Assembly (NCBI GenBank): GCA_030673105.1 | Contig: DAOVJS010000001.1 | Coordinates: 1 to 59,313 of the forward strand | DNA from: Spirochaetota bacterium | GTDB lineage: Bacteria; Spirochaetota; B62-G9; DRHN01 | Direction: 5' to 3' | Length of the DNA: 59,313 nucleotides | In this document: piece by piece, positions 9,005 through 17,860 of the stretch | Layout of the letters: the number at the start of each line of letters is the position of its first letter | How positions within the stretch are numbered: the first letter of the stretch is position 1 | Translations under genes and position numbers: made by a program | The notes under the pieces: generated by a model | Databases searched by the model: none | The model's input: only the letters and a program-made list of their open reading frames with translations | Told to the model about the DNA's origin: nothing

Positions 9005-9937
9005 GTGGAACTTCAAACTTTTATTATTGACACTCTGAGCAGAGCTCTTGCCTATGGCACCCCCCTTCTTCTGGGCACCCTTGGGGAAATCTACTGTGAG
9101 CGCTCCGGAGTACTGAACCTCGGGGTTGAAGGGATGATGATACTTGGCGCCTTTGCGGGTTTTGTGACAACATATGCTACAGGAAATCCTTTCCTGGGCG
9201 TCCTTGCGGCTGCCATTGTGGGCGGGTCAGCTTCCATGATCCATGCCTTTTTCTCTATTACTATCAAAACCAATATTCAGGTTGTCTCAGGGCTGGCTAT
9301 TACTTTCTTCGGTCTCGGTTTGACCGGCGTTCTGGGAAGAGGGTGGGAAGGTAAACCTCTGGACGCAAGTTTACCTATAATAGGCTCTCCTTTCCTCGAA
9401 TCAATTCCGGTTCTTGGACCCATTTTTTCAGGACAGAGCGTTCTTGTCTACATAAGTATCGGACTCGCCCTGATTCTATGGTTTATACTCTTTAAGACTT
9501 CATGGGGGATTTCAATCCGCTCTGCCGGAGAAGACCCCGAGGCGGCTGATGCCCTTGGTGTAAACACCAGCCTGGTCAGATATTTGTGCGTGCTTACAGG
9601 CGGTGTACTTGCCGGAATCGGGGGCGCGTATCTTTCAATAGACTACAGACCCTCATGGACTCAAGGCATGACTGTAGGAATGGGCTGGATTGTCATTGCT
9701 CTCACGATTTTCAGCTTCTGGAACCCTCTTGCAGCTCTGATAGGTTCCTATCTGTTTGGGTCCCTGTTTTATCTTTCCTTCAAACTGCAGCCTTACCTTG
9801 CCCCTGAACTGCTCATGATCATGCCGTATCTGACTACCATACTCGCGCTGGTTCTGCTGAACTGCTCAAAGACTTTCAGAAGGCGGCTGGGGGTTCCTGC
9901 TGCACTGGGCCTGCCCTACAACAGGGAAGAGAAGTAG
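9005..9937 (+). CDS. ABC transporter permease (BMP/nucleoside-type, second)
   Basis: Polytopic membrane protein. GTG start 1 nt after the upstream stop, AAGGAGGG RBS. Confidence 0.85.
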   Translation: MELQTFIIDTLSRALAYGTPLLLGTLGEIYCERSGVLNLGVEGMMILGAFAGFVTTYATGNPFLGVLAAAIVGGSASMIHAFFSITIKTNIQVVSGLAITFFGLGLTGVLGRGWEGKPLDASLPIIGSPFLESIPVLGPIFSGQSVLVYISIGLALILWFILFKTSWGISIRSAGEDPEAADALGVNTSLVRYLCVLTGGVLAGIGGAYLSIDYRPSWTQGMTVGMGWIVIALTIFSFWNPLAALIGSYLFGSLFYLSFKLQPYLAPELLMIMPYLTTILALVLLNCSKTFRRRLGVPAALGLPYNREEK

Positions 9938-9947
9938 GAGGATTATC

Positions 9948-11432
9948 ATGAAAAACAGCAACCCAATCCTGTCAATGCGGAATATTACAAAGATATTTTC
10001 GGGTAAAGTACGGGCAAATGACGCCGTGAATCTTGATGTTCATCCCGGAGAAATCCACGCGCTTCTTGGAGAAAATGGCGCCGGAAAGACCACACTGATG
10101 AACATACTCTCAGGTTATTACAGGGCTGATGAAGGTGAAATATTTATGCATGGCAAGCCCGTTCTATTCAAGTCCCCCAGGCAGGCCATTGAAAATGGTA
10201 TTGGAATGGTCCATCAGCATTTCATGCTGGTCCCTCAACACACAGTTGCAGAAAATATTGCCCTCGGCCTGAAAGGACTTCCCTTCGTTTTCCCTTTACG
10301 TATTATAGAAGGGAGGCTCCGTGAGTTCGTTTCTAAATATGACCTTTCAATAGAACCCGGGGCAAGAATATGGCAGCTCTCCGTTGGAGAGAGGCAAAAG
10401 GTGGAGATAATAAAGGTCCTTATAAGGGGAGCACGTGTGTTAATTTTAGATGAACCCACATCGGTTCTTACTCCTGAGGAAATTGACAGGCTATTTCGCA
10501 TCCTGAAAAAGATGAAGGCTGAAGGCAAAGCCATTATTTTTATCACCCATAAACTGGGGGAGGTTCTGGAAATATCAGATTACATCACGATCCTCCGTAA
10601 AGGCAGGGTAGCTGCCAGCCTCCCCTCATCCGCGATAGCCCAAAAAGAAGAGAAAGCCAAAGCTGAGCTCGCTCTTAAAATGGTAGGCAGGGAAGTCATA
10701 CTGGATGTAAAAAAGAAACACGTCAATTTGGGCGATGCTGTACTTGAGGTGAAGGACCTTCTAATTCTTAACGACAGGGGAAGTGAAGCCGTAAAAGGTA
10801 TATCATTTTCCGTAAGACGCGGTGAGATCTTTGGAATAGTCGGTGTTGCCGGTAACGGTCAGGGCCCGCTTGTGGAAGCCATCACAGGACACCGCCCGAT
10901 CAGCGGGGGAGGTTGTACGGTAACCGGAGAGATAGGGTACATACCTGAAGACAGATTAAATATGGGCTCTGTTCCCGATCTTACAATCGCTGAAAACAGT
11001 ATATTGACACAGTATAGAAACAGCTGTTTCTCAGGACACCTGTTTCTCAACTTGCCATCAATACAGGAATGGGCAAAGAAACTGATCGCAATGTTTAATA
11101 TTATGGCTTCAGGTGTGAACACACCCGCCAAACAGTTATCAGGCGGCAATCTCCAGAGATTGATTCTCGCCCGGGAACTTTCAAGAAATTCCAGTCTGCT
11201 CATAGCGGAACAGCCCACTCACGGGCTCGATGTTGGCTCCATCGAGTATGTCTGGAAATCCATTCTTGAGCAGAGAAAGAACGCTGGAATTCTTCTCGTG
11301 TCAGGCGACCTGAGTGAAGCCCTCGCACTGTGTGACAGGATTGGAGTAATGTATCACGGAAAGGTCACAATTTTCACAGGCCCCTTTTCCAATAAAATTG
11401 AGAAGATCGGGCTGAAGATGATCGGTATGTAA
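9948..11432 (+). CDS. ABC transporter ATP-binding protein with duplicated ATPase domains
   Basis: Walker A GENGAGKTT, signature LSVGERQ, Walker B ILILDEPT. The second half has LSGGNLQR and a degenerate Walker A (GVAGNGQG). Confidence 0.9.
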   Translation: MKNSNPILSMRNITKIFSGKVRANDAVNLDVHPGEIHALLGENGAGKTTLMNILSGYYRADEGEIFMHGKPVLFKSPRQAIENGIGMVHQHFMLVPQHTVAENIALGLKGLPFVFPLRIIEGRLREFVSKYDLSIEPGARIWQLSVGERQKVEIIKVLIRGARVLILDEPTSVLTPEEIDRLFRILKKMKAEGKAIIFITHKLGEVLEISDYITILRKGRVAASLPSSAIAQKEEKAKAELALKMVGREVILDVKKKHVNLGDAVLEVKDLLILNDRGSEAVKGISFSVRRGEIFGIVGVAGNGQGPLVEAITGHRPISGGGCTVTGEIGYIPEDRLNMGSVPDLTIAENSILTQYRNSCFSGHLFLNLPSIQEWAKKLIAMFNIMASGVNTPAKQLSGGNLQRLILARELSRNSSLLIAEQPTHGLDVGSIEYVWKSILEQRKNAGILLVSGDLSEALALCDRIGVMYHGKVTIFTGPFSNKIEKIGLKMIGM

Positions 11433-11523
11433 GTTGACCCGTCTTTGCTACTGCAAACTAATAACGAGGCAAGGAATAACTTCTCATAATGATTGACAAG
11501 TTTACCTGCCTGCCAATCACCCA

Positions 11524-12333
11524 TTAACCCTGCAATAACTCTCTGCAGTGTCTACCGCTGCCTCCAGACTTTATCTTAATTATTTCAGAAATAATACTGA
11601 CGCTGATTTCCTCAGGAGTATTATCCCCAAGATCAAGACCGATGGGCGTATAAATCCTGGGATCCTTAATATTTACCCCTTTTTTCGAGAGTGCATCAAA
11701 AAGGGTCCTGACTTTCTTTTTGCTTCCAATCATCCCGATATAGCACGCCTCTGTTTTCAGGGCAGCTTCCAGACAGGCCCCGTCATATTTATGGCCGTAT
11801 GTTACAATGATTAAATGACTTTTCTCATCGATAGGCAGGCTTGCAAAACTCTCGGAAAATCCTGAACAGACAACGCCGGCAGCATCCCTGAAAAGCTCCT
11901 CCCGGGCAAAAGTTTCCCTGTTATCAATAATCCAGTAAAAATAATTCAGCGCACCGCATAATTCAGCCAGTTTTCTGCCGACATGGCCCGCGCCAAAAAT
12001 AAATATCTTTGTCTCATTCTTAAAAATCTCAATTAACACCTCCACCTTTCCGCCGCATATCATACCAAGAGGGATGTCCTTCTCATCTATACCCAGATCG
12101 TATTTAAAACGCTCTGATCTGCCTTCTTTCAGTAAATTTAACGCGTCACTGATTACCCTCTGTTCAAGCGCTCCTCCCCCGATTGTCCCCTCGATTGATT
12201 TATCAGGAAATATCAACATCCGGGCGCCTGCATTCCTGGGGGTGGAACCATCGGAATAGACCAAAGTCGCCAGGGCAAAGGGTTTTCCTTCTTTTCTCAA
12301 ATCTGAAACTCTTAAAAATATATCCTGCATCAT
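11524..12333 (-). CDS. XdhC/CoxI-family molybdoenzyme maturation protein
   Basis: N-terminal XdhC_CoxI-like region plus a Rossmann-like IFGAGHVGRKLAE C-domain. 4-nt overlap with the upstream MocA-like gene. Confidence 0.75.
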   Translation of the reverse strand: MMQDIFLRVSDLRKEGKPFALATLVYSDGSTPRNAGARMLIFPDKSIEGTIGGGALEQRVISDALNLLKEGRSERFKYDLGIDEKDIPLGMICGGKVEVLIEIFKNETKIFIFGAGHVGRKLAELCGALNYFYWIIDNRETFAREELFRDAAGVVCSGFSESFASLPIDEKSHLIIVTYGHKYDGACLEAALKTEACYIGMIGSKKKVRTLFDALSKKGVNIKDPRIYTPIGLDLGDNTPEEISVSIISEIIKIKSGGSGRHCRELLQG

Positions 12334-12917
12334 TGACCCCCGGTTAATCTTTTGTAATCATTCATGGTATCAATGTCTTCAACAACGCCTCCATCCTGAA
12401 CCGGAACAAACTTTACTGACTCTATTTCTTTTTTAATAATACCGCGGGCGCCGTCCGTCAGCTCTTCATTTAAAACTTTATCGTACAGAGCCTCCGGAAA
12501 TATAGCAGGATGCCCTTTTCGTCCCCTGTATGACGGAATGACTATTTTTGTTCTGTCCTTTTTCCAGACCTCAACCAGCCTCCTGTAAGTGGTCTTCTTA
12601 ACAAGCGGATGGTCCACTAAAGTAAAAAGAACTCCCTGGCTGCGCCCGTCGAGATTTTTTATCCCTGCCCTGAGTGAGCTGAGCTGGCCTGTTTTCCAAT
12701 CTTCATTTCTCACAACTTTGATATTCTCAAGGCGCAGCGTTTCAATGATTTTTTTATAGTGGGCCCCAAGTACTACGACTATTTCACCGACATCTGTCAT
12801 ACCAATATTGTTTATAATTTTTTCTAAAAATGTAACACCATCGACTGTGAGAAGGGCTTTAATACTGTTTCCCATCCTGCTTGACTGTCCGGCAGCAAGA
12901 ATTACGGCAGACAGCAT
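12330..12917 (-). CDS. MobA/MocA-like molybdenum cofactor nucleotidyltransferase (MocA-like LAAG motif)
   Basis: AVILAAGQSSRMG N-terminal NTP_transf_3 motif, ~195 aa. Confidence 0.7.
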   Translation of the reverse strand: MLSAVILAAGQSSRMGNSIKALLTVDGVTFLEKIINNIGMTDVGEIVVVLGAHYKKIIETLRLENIKVVRNEDWKTGQLSSLRAGIKNLDGRSQGVLFTLVDHPLVKKTTYRRLVEVWKKDRTKIVIPSYRGRKGHPAIFPEALYDKVLNEELTDGARGIIKKEIESVKFVPVQDGGVVEDIDTMNDYKRLTGGQ

Positions 12918-12966
12918 ACCACATCCTCTTTAATTAGTATCATAAGTTTATTTTCATTATCTTCGA

Positions 12967-12998
12967 ATACTGATTAGCAGCAAGGTCGACTGACATGA
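12967..12998. promoter_or_regulatory. Copy 1 of a shared ~24-bp motif, TGATTAGCAGCAAGGTCGACTGA
   Basis: Near-identical core recurs at 14060-14083. This copy lies ~55-75 nt upstream of the MocA-like start. Confidence 0.3.
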
Positions 12999-13130
12999 AA
13001 ATTTAACTCTTTCATAAAGAGCCGCTTTTTATTCCTGTGTCAAGGCATTTACACCAGTTCATGTATTTTCCGAGTAAACGATTGTAGAGTTCATTTGCGC
13101 CTGAGACAAGCGGCGAAAGTTAAAGGCCGG

Positions 13131-13961
13131 TCACCGTTTTCTTAAACGTCTGTAAATTTTCGGGATGTCTTTTTGATCCACTCCGGGGGAATAACCAGTA
13201 AGATAAAGCTCAAGGTCGATTTTCTTATTCTTCGAAAGTTTCGTTGGCACAACCATTATTAACGGCAGTCTAAGGTCATCCTTTCCCACAAATAGCTTAA
13301 TTCCAATGCCCCCGATCTGTTCAATCTTATGGGCAGTAATACTTTTTTGGGGCGCGCGGAGCGGTATCTTTATCTCGACCTCACCGGTATCTTTGAAGTG
13401 GACAGTCCGGACAGATTTCGGCTGTAAAAAATCAAATGTAAATGTTGTATTTTTAATCACATCAGGATTGGCCCTGAGGAAATATATCAGAGAAAACAGA
13501 TCAAAGACATAATTTTCAGACCGGAACTGCTTTTCATCTCCGGTTTCTTTGTTATGCCGGATCACAAGGTTTTCCTTCTGGTCAATGTCGTACACATAAT
13601 ACCCTGACTTTTTTCCTTCCTCATAATCCTTTTCAACTATGACGGGAAGGAGTGAATCTTTTTCAATATATATTGTCCACTTATCATCAAGTCTGTAAAA
13701 AATACTCACGAAAGGCGATGTTTTTGTCAAGCCTTTGATTACATAAGTTTCAACACCATTGATCTGCTGTCCGGATGTTAATTCAATTGTCTGATATCCA
13801 ACTTTGAGGCCCGAGACATAGAGGGTAAATTTGAGTTTTTCACCGACAGAATACGGCAGATCTTGACTCTCCGCAAACATTACGGAATTAAAACAAAGAT
13901 AAATTCCAATAAGTGTTAAAAACGCTATTTTCCGCTTTCTTAATAACTTCATTTTAATCAC
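13131..13961 (-). CDS. Secreted DUF3108-like protein
   Basis: Signal peptide (IAFLTLIGIYLCFNSVMFA). All-beta-looking sequence with a GEKLKFTLYVSGLKVG start, typical of DUF3108. The family call is from memory only. Confidence 0.45.
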   Translation of the reverse strand: MIKMKLLRKRKIAFLTLIGIYLCFNSVMFAESQDLPYSVGEKLKFTLYVSGLKVGYQTIELTSGQQINGVETYVIKGLTKTSPFVSIFYRLDDKWTIYIEKDSLLPVIVEKDYEEGKKSGYYVYDIDQKENLVIRHNKETGDEKQFRSENYVFDLFSLIYFLRANPDVIKNTTFTFDFLQPKSVRTVHFKDTGEVEIKIPLRAPQKSITAHKIEQIGGIGIKLFVGKDDLRLPLIMVVPTKLSKNKKIDLELYLTGYSPGVDQKDIPKIYRRLRKR

Positions 13962-14051
13962 CCCTCATGAAAATAAATGTTAAATCCCATATTTTAATTA
14001 TAATACAACAGGCAGTGAATTTTCAACTTTTTGAATATTAACCCTACAGCG

Positions 14052-14088
14052 ATACTTAATGATTATCAGCAAGGTTGACTAATGATGA
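14052..14088. promoter_or_regulatory. Copy 2 of the shared motif, TGATTATCAGCAAGGTTGACTAA
   Basis: Lies in the divergent region between the DUF3108-like gene and the + strand gene at 14237. On the + strand it gives TTGACT, 17 nt, TAATTA. Confidence 0.3.
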
Positions 14089-14236
14089 GTTTTTTTTTAA
14101 TTATGCAGCATTTTTATTCTGATATTACATAACTGCCTTTATATTAAGGACCAGTTGGCAACTGCAAGGAAAAAAGCTGCTTAATTATTTATGGGTTGTA
14201 CCACTATTACTTTCACTAAATATTTGGAGAAAATAA

Positions 14237-14764
14237 TTGAGAAAAGACCTGGATAATTTAACTAAAGAAAAATTATTGGATTATATAGAAATCTTATCTA
14301 AAAATTGGCTGGCCCATGACGGCTGCTGGTTTTTAGCAATTGAAGATGATCTGGGCCTGGAAGCCGCAATGAAATATGATAAAACAGGATGGGAATACTT
14401 TACAGTAATAGAAGCAAAACGAATAAAGAAATTCCTGGGCCTGGCAGAACGTCCGGGCATTGAAGGACTAACGCAGGCTTTAAAGTTCCGGTTATACGCC
14501 AATATTAATATCCAGGAAATTGTTGAAATTACACCAAACTCATGTATTTTCCGGATGAATGACTGCAGAGTTCAGAGTAACAGAAAACGTAAAGGGCTGG
14601 ACGATTTTCCATGCCGCACAATCGGTGAAGCAGAATATGGACTATTTGCCTCAACGATAGACGATCGAATCACAACTTCGTGTATTCATTGCCCTCCAGA
14701 ACCACATCCGGAAAATTCATTTTGCGCCTGGAAATTTACACTGAATGGCAGGGATTTAAAATAA
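14237..14764 (+). CDS. Conserved hypothetical cytosolic protein (DUF6125 / ATC-hydrolase-like?)
   Basis: TTG start 6 nt after GGAGA. NWLAHDGCWFLAIED...EAKRIKKFLGL block, Cys-rich C-terminus (CIHCPPEPHPENSFC). Confidence 0.4.
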   Translation: MRKDLDNLTKEKLLDYIEILSKNWLAHDGCWFLAIEDDLGLEAAMKYDKTGWEYFTVIEAKRIKKFLGLAERPGIEGLTQALKFRLYANINIQEIVEITPNSCIFRMNDCRVQSNRKRKGLDDFPCRTIGEAEYGLFASTIDDRITTSCIHCPPEPHPENSFCAWKFTLNGRDLK

Positions 14765-14832
14765 TTTTGGAAACCGCATTGAGGCACTCGCACTTACATT
14801 GTTTAAAACCTTCAGCTGCGACCCATATTTAT

Positions 14833-16104
14833 CTATGAATACGCTTTTATTACTTTTTCCAGCGCATCGGCAATTTGATACATATCCTCTTCGGTACATG
14901 TTGGAAAAGCAAAGCATGTAAATGTGTGTGATTCGTGCCACCGCGCGTTGGGGACATCTACTCTACTGTAATCAACACTGTCCGGGTTTGTGTACTCGCC
15001 CGATGTAAATGGAAATCCTGATTTGCCGAAGGCTCTCTTTTCTATAAAAGCTTTTTCAGTATGACACTGCGGCCAGAATACCTTCCAGCAGGGCGCGCCT
15101 TCAGCAGCAGCAGCATCCACAAACTTCTTAATATCGCAGCTCATATTCTCTAAATCAAGGGAAAATGCCATTACGTACCAGCCGTTTTTTCTTTCAGGCG
15201 TATCAACAGGCAAATACTTAATTTGCGGCATGCTTTTTAATCTATCCATGACAATAGCTGCGTTTCGCCTGCGCATGGGAAGGTTCCACGTATCAATTCT
15301 CCTTAGCTCTTCAAGCCCGATGGCGGACTGCATTTCAGTCATACGGTAGTTCCAGCCAACCATGTTATGTATATACGGAAGCTTTTGCTCCATTTCAAGC
15401 AAATTCAGCCGTTCCTTTACATCGTATCCATGGTCGCGGAAACTGCGTGCTGTCCAGGCCGCCTCTTCATCGTCGGTTGTTACCATGCCGCCCTCACCGC
15501 CAGTGGTAAAAGTCTTATTTTGACAAAAACTGCAGCAAGCCATATGGCCCATGGTACCTGTCTTTTTCCCTTTGTACTCACCACCAAATGCCTCAGCATT
15601 ATCTTCGATCACATACAGGTTATATTTTTTCGCAAAATCCATTATTTTATCCATGTCACACACATTGCCGTAAAGATGTACCGGTATTATTGCACGGGTG
15701 CGTTCATTTACCAGTTTCTCAGCAGATTCAACACTGATACAGTGATCTTCAAGATTTACGTCAGCAAAACGCGGAACAGCACCTGCCTGAACAACTGAAA
15801 AACTTGTCGCAATAAAGGTATAACTGGGGACAATTACTTCATCTCCAGGCCCGATCCCCAGTGAAGTCAGGGAAACATGCAGGGCAGCTGTCCCTGTTCC
15901 CACACTGATCGCGAATTTACTACCCTGCCACTGCGCAAACTTTTTTTCAAACTCCATCCCCTTCGGACCGGTCCAGTAATTTACTTTCCCTGATTTCAAA
16001 ACATCCACAACTGCATTGATCGCTTCATCATTAAAATTGGGCCAGCCGATTAATTTATTTGTTACAGCTTTTGGTCCACCGTCTATAGCTAATTTTTCAG
16101 CCAT
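14833..16104 (-). CDS. DegT/DnrJ/EryC1/StrS-family PLP-dependent aminotransferase
   Basis: GTGTAALHVSL, GPGDEVIVPSYTF, IPVHLYGN, VIEDNAEAFG and a SF..NKTFTTGGEGGM Lys region. Confidence 0.85.
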   Translation of the reverse strand: MAEKLAIDGGPKAVTNKLIGWPNFNDEAINAVVDVLKSGKVNYWTGPKGMEFEKKFAQWQGSKFAISVGTGTAALHVSLTSLGIGPGDEVIVPSYTFIATSFSVVQAGAVPRFADVNLEDHCISVESAEKLVNERTRAIIPVHLYGNVCDMDKIMDFAKKYNLYVIEDNAEAFGGEYKGKKTGTMGHMACCSFCQNKTFTTGGEGGMVTTDDEEAAWTARSFRDHGYDVKERLNLLEMEQKLPYIHNMVGWNYRMTEMQSAIGLEELRRIDTWNLPMRRRNAAIVMDRLKSMPQIKYLPVDTPERKNGWYVMAFSLDLENMSCDIKKFVDAAAAEGAPCWKVFWPQCHTEKAFIEKRAFGKSGFPFTSGEYTNPDSVDYSRVDVPNARWHESHTFTCFAFPTCTEEDMYQIADALEKVIKAYS

Positions 16105-16198
16105 ACAGGACCCCTCCTTTTTTTTATTACACCTTAACGGGACTCCCAGGGCCTCGGATTCATCTTGGTACGATCAGTGCCTGGTTATGCCTCCCCTC

Positions 16199-16612
16199 TC
16201 AATGGTCGAGTACGTTTCGTATCATCTCTTTCGTAATGGTCCGGTAAATGTAGTAGTCACTTTCTATTGTCAGTATTTCTCTTATTCCTGTCTCTTCCGA
16301 TACCACAACCAGACTGGCGTCGGCCAAATCCATTGGTATGTCTTGGTACTTTCTAGTTATTTCTATGATTCGGTTAAGCTTCTCTACCGAGATATCGAAC
16401 AACTCTACTCCACCTCTCCCCACCCACTCCAGGAAAGCAATTTGGGCATCTACACTAAAATCAAGCATGTGACCAACCTCTGTCATTACTGGCCACGTAG
16501 TTATCAGCTTGCCTGTATAACCTCTAAGAAACTCGATTATTCTCTGGTAATACAGGTCCTTTCTATTGAACAGGGCTATTATTGGACCCGCGTCAATGAG
16601 AATGCTTTTCAA
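16199..16612 (-). CDS. vapC: PIN-domain toxin (VapC-like)
   Basis: 137 aa. ILIDAGPIIALF N-terminus and DLADASLVVVSE acidic motifs. 20-nt overlap with the upstream RHH gene. Confidence 0.8.
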   Translation of the reverse strand: MKSILIDAGPIIALFNRKDLYYQRIIEFLRGYTGKLITTWPVMTEVGHMLDFSVDAQIAFLEWVGRGGVELFDISVEKLNRIIEITRKYQDIPMDLADASLVVVSEETGIREILTIESDYYIYRTITKEMIRNVLDH

Positions 16613-16850
16613 ACAGCTTTTCCTTTATCTTTTTCTTGTAGTTCTTCGAAAGCTCAACCTCACTTGATTCGAACCTCCCAAACAAATCCTTCCCCAGTTC
16701 ATAAGGGGTCCGTCCTGCTTTCCGCATTTCTATGTATTCCTTCAGGGCATTCCTGATGATTTGAGATTTTGTGGTCCGTTCTGTAGAAGCCAATTCCTCT
16801 ATCTTCTTTTCCAAATCTCTAGGCAATCTTACCGTTAACATGGCAACCAA
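16593..16850 (-). CDS. Ribbon-helix-helix (CopG-like) antitoxin
   Basis: LTVRLPRDLEKKIEELA...SQIIRNALKEYI is a typical RHH fold sequence. Confidence 0.8.
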   Translation of the reverse strand: MVAMLTVRLPRDLEKKIEELASTERTTKSQIIRNALKEYIEMRKAGRTPYELGKDLFGRFESSEVELSKNYKKKIKEKLFEKHSH

Positions 16851-16857
16851 CTCTCCT

Positions 16858-16880
16858 CTGTATTACAGAGCGTAATACAG
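16858..16880. promoter_or_regulatory. Perfect 9-bp inverted repeat, CTGTATTAC-N5-GTAATACAG (likely TA operator)
   Basis: Begins 8 nt upstream of the antitoxin start codon. Confidence 0.5.
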
Positions 16881-17037
16881 TCATCTTGAAAAGTCAAGCC
16901 ATCCTTTCGTCCATTCCTGTTTGAACCTGCTGTTAAATGTGTTAAATAAAACTACTGTTTTAGTGAATGTTACCCGCTGCTAATAAACCTATTCCGGCCC
17001 TGCAGGGTATCAAGAGAATAACAAAACATCAAATACT

Positions 17038-17835
17038 TCAAACCTGCTTTGATTTGATCTTCCCCATAACAAACAGCATAAACCCCGAAAAAAGGAGGAA
17101 GGGTATACTTAAAAATTGTCCCATGGTTAAAGGGATCTCAGCACTCAATGTATGGTACTCCTTAACGAATTCAACTAAAAACCGGAGAGAGAAGTACATA
17201 AAAATGAATAAGTAAAGTATACACCCATCCTTAAGCCTGCCTTTTTTCTTTTTAAAAATTACCCACAGGGTCAGAAATACGATAATTCCTATTGCAACCT
17301 CATATAGCTGCGAAGGATGTCGAAATGCGGCCCCGGCGCCATCCGGTTCCCGGAAGCGCAAGAATTTAACAGCCCACGGCACGTTTGTTTTTCTTCCAAC
17401 TATTTCTGAGTTAAAAAAGTTACCGAGCCGGACGAAGCTCGTCCCGATTGAAACAGGTATAGCCAGAGCGTCACCAATCTGGTAAAATGTCACAGGGTAT
17501 ATCCTGGTGTATACTATCAACCCGATAAAAATGGCAACGGCAGCGCCGTGACTGGCCAGCCCTCCCTTCCAGATCTTAAATATCTCCAACGGATGTGACA
17601 GGTAATACTTTGGATAGTAAAAAAATACATGCCCCAAACGCGCTCCGACAGTCACGCAGATTATTACTGTAATGAACAGAGGAAATGCATAGTCGGTGTC
17701 GATCTTTTTTTCTTCAAAAACCCTGTTTATAAGATAAAGCCCCAGTATAAAAGCACACGCGAATAAGAGACTGTAGTACCGGATTGAAAACCGGCCTAAT
17801 GTAACTATTACGGGTGAAATATTATGAACAAACAT
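17038..17835 (-). CDS. lgt: Prolipoprotein diacylglyceryl transferase
   Basis: IRYYSLLFACAFILG, GARLGHVFFY and GLASHGA blocks. Start set to the internal ATG at 17835; the longer tracked ORF overlaps the upstream gene. Confidence 0.88.
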   Translation of the reverse strand: MFVHNISPVIVTLGRFSIRYYSLLFACAFILGLYLINRVFEEKKIDTDYAFPLFITVIICVTVGARLGHVFFYYPKYYLSHPLEIFKIWKGGLASHGAAVAIFIGLIVYTRIYPVTFYQIGDALAIPVSIGTSFVRLGNFFNSEIVGRKTNVPWAVKFLRFREPDGAGAAFRHPSQLYEVAIGIIVFLTLWVIFKKKKGRLKDGCILYLFIFMYFSLRFLVEFVKEYHTLSAEIPLTMGQFLSIPFLLFSGFMLFVMGKIKSKQV

Positions 17836-17860
17836 ATATTGGTCCTTTATTAAAATTATA

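Noticed and set aside
16016-16756. 246-aa + strand ORF spanning the DegT 5' end, the intergenic region and the PIN/RHH genes in antisense
   Set aside because: It has a low-complexity Ser/Leu/Tyr-rich translation with no motif, and it is fully antisense to well-supported genes. It is most likely a shadow ORF.
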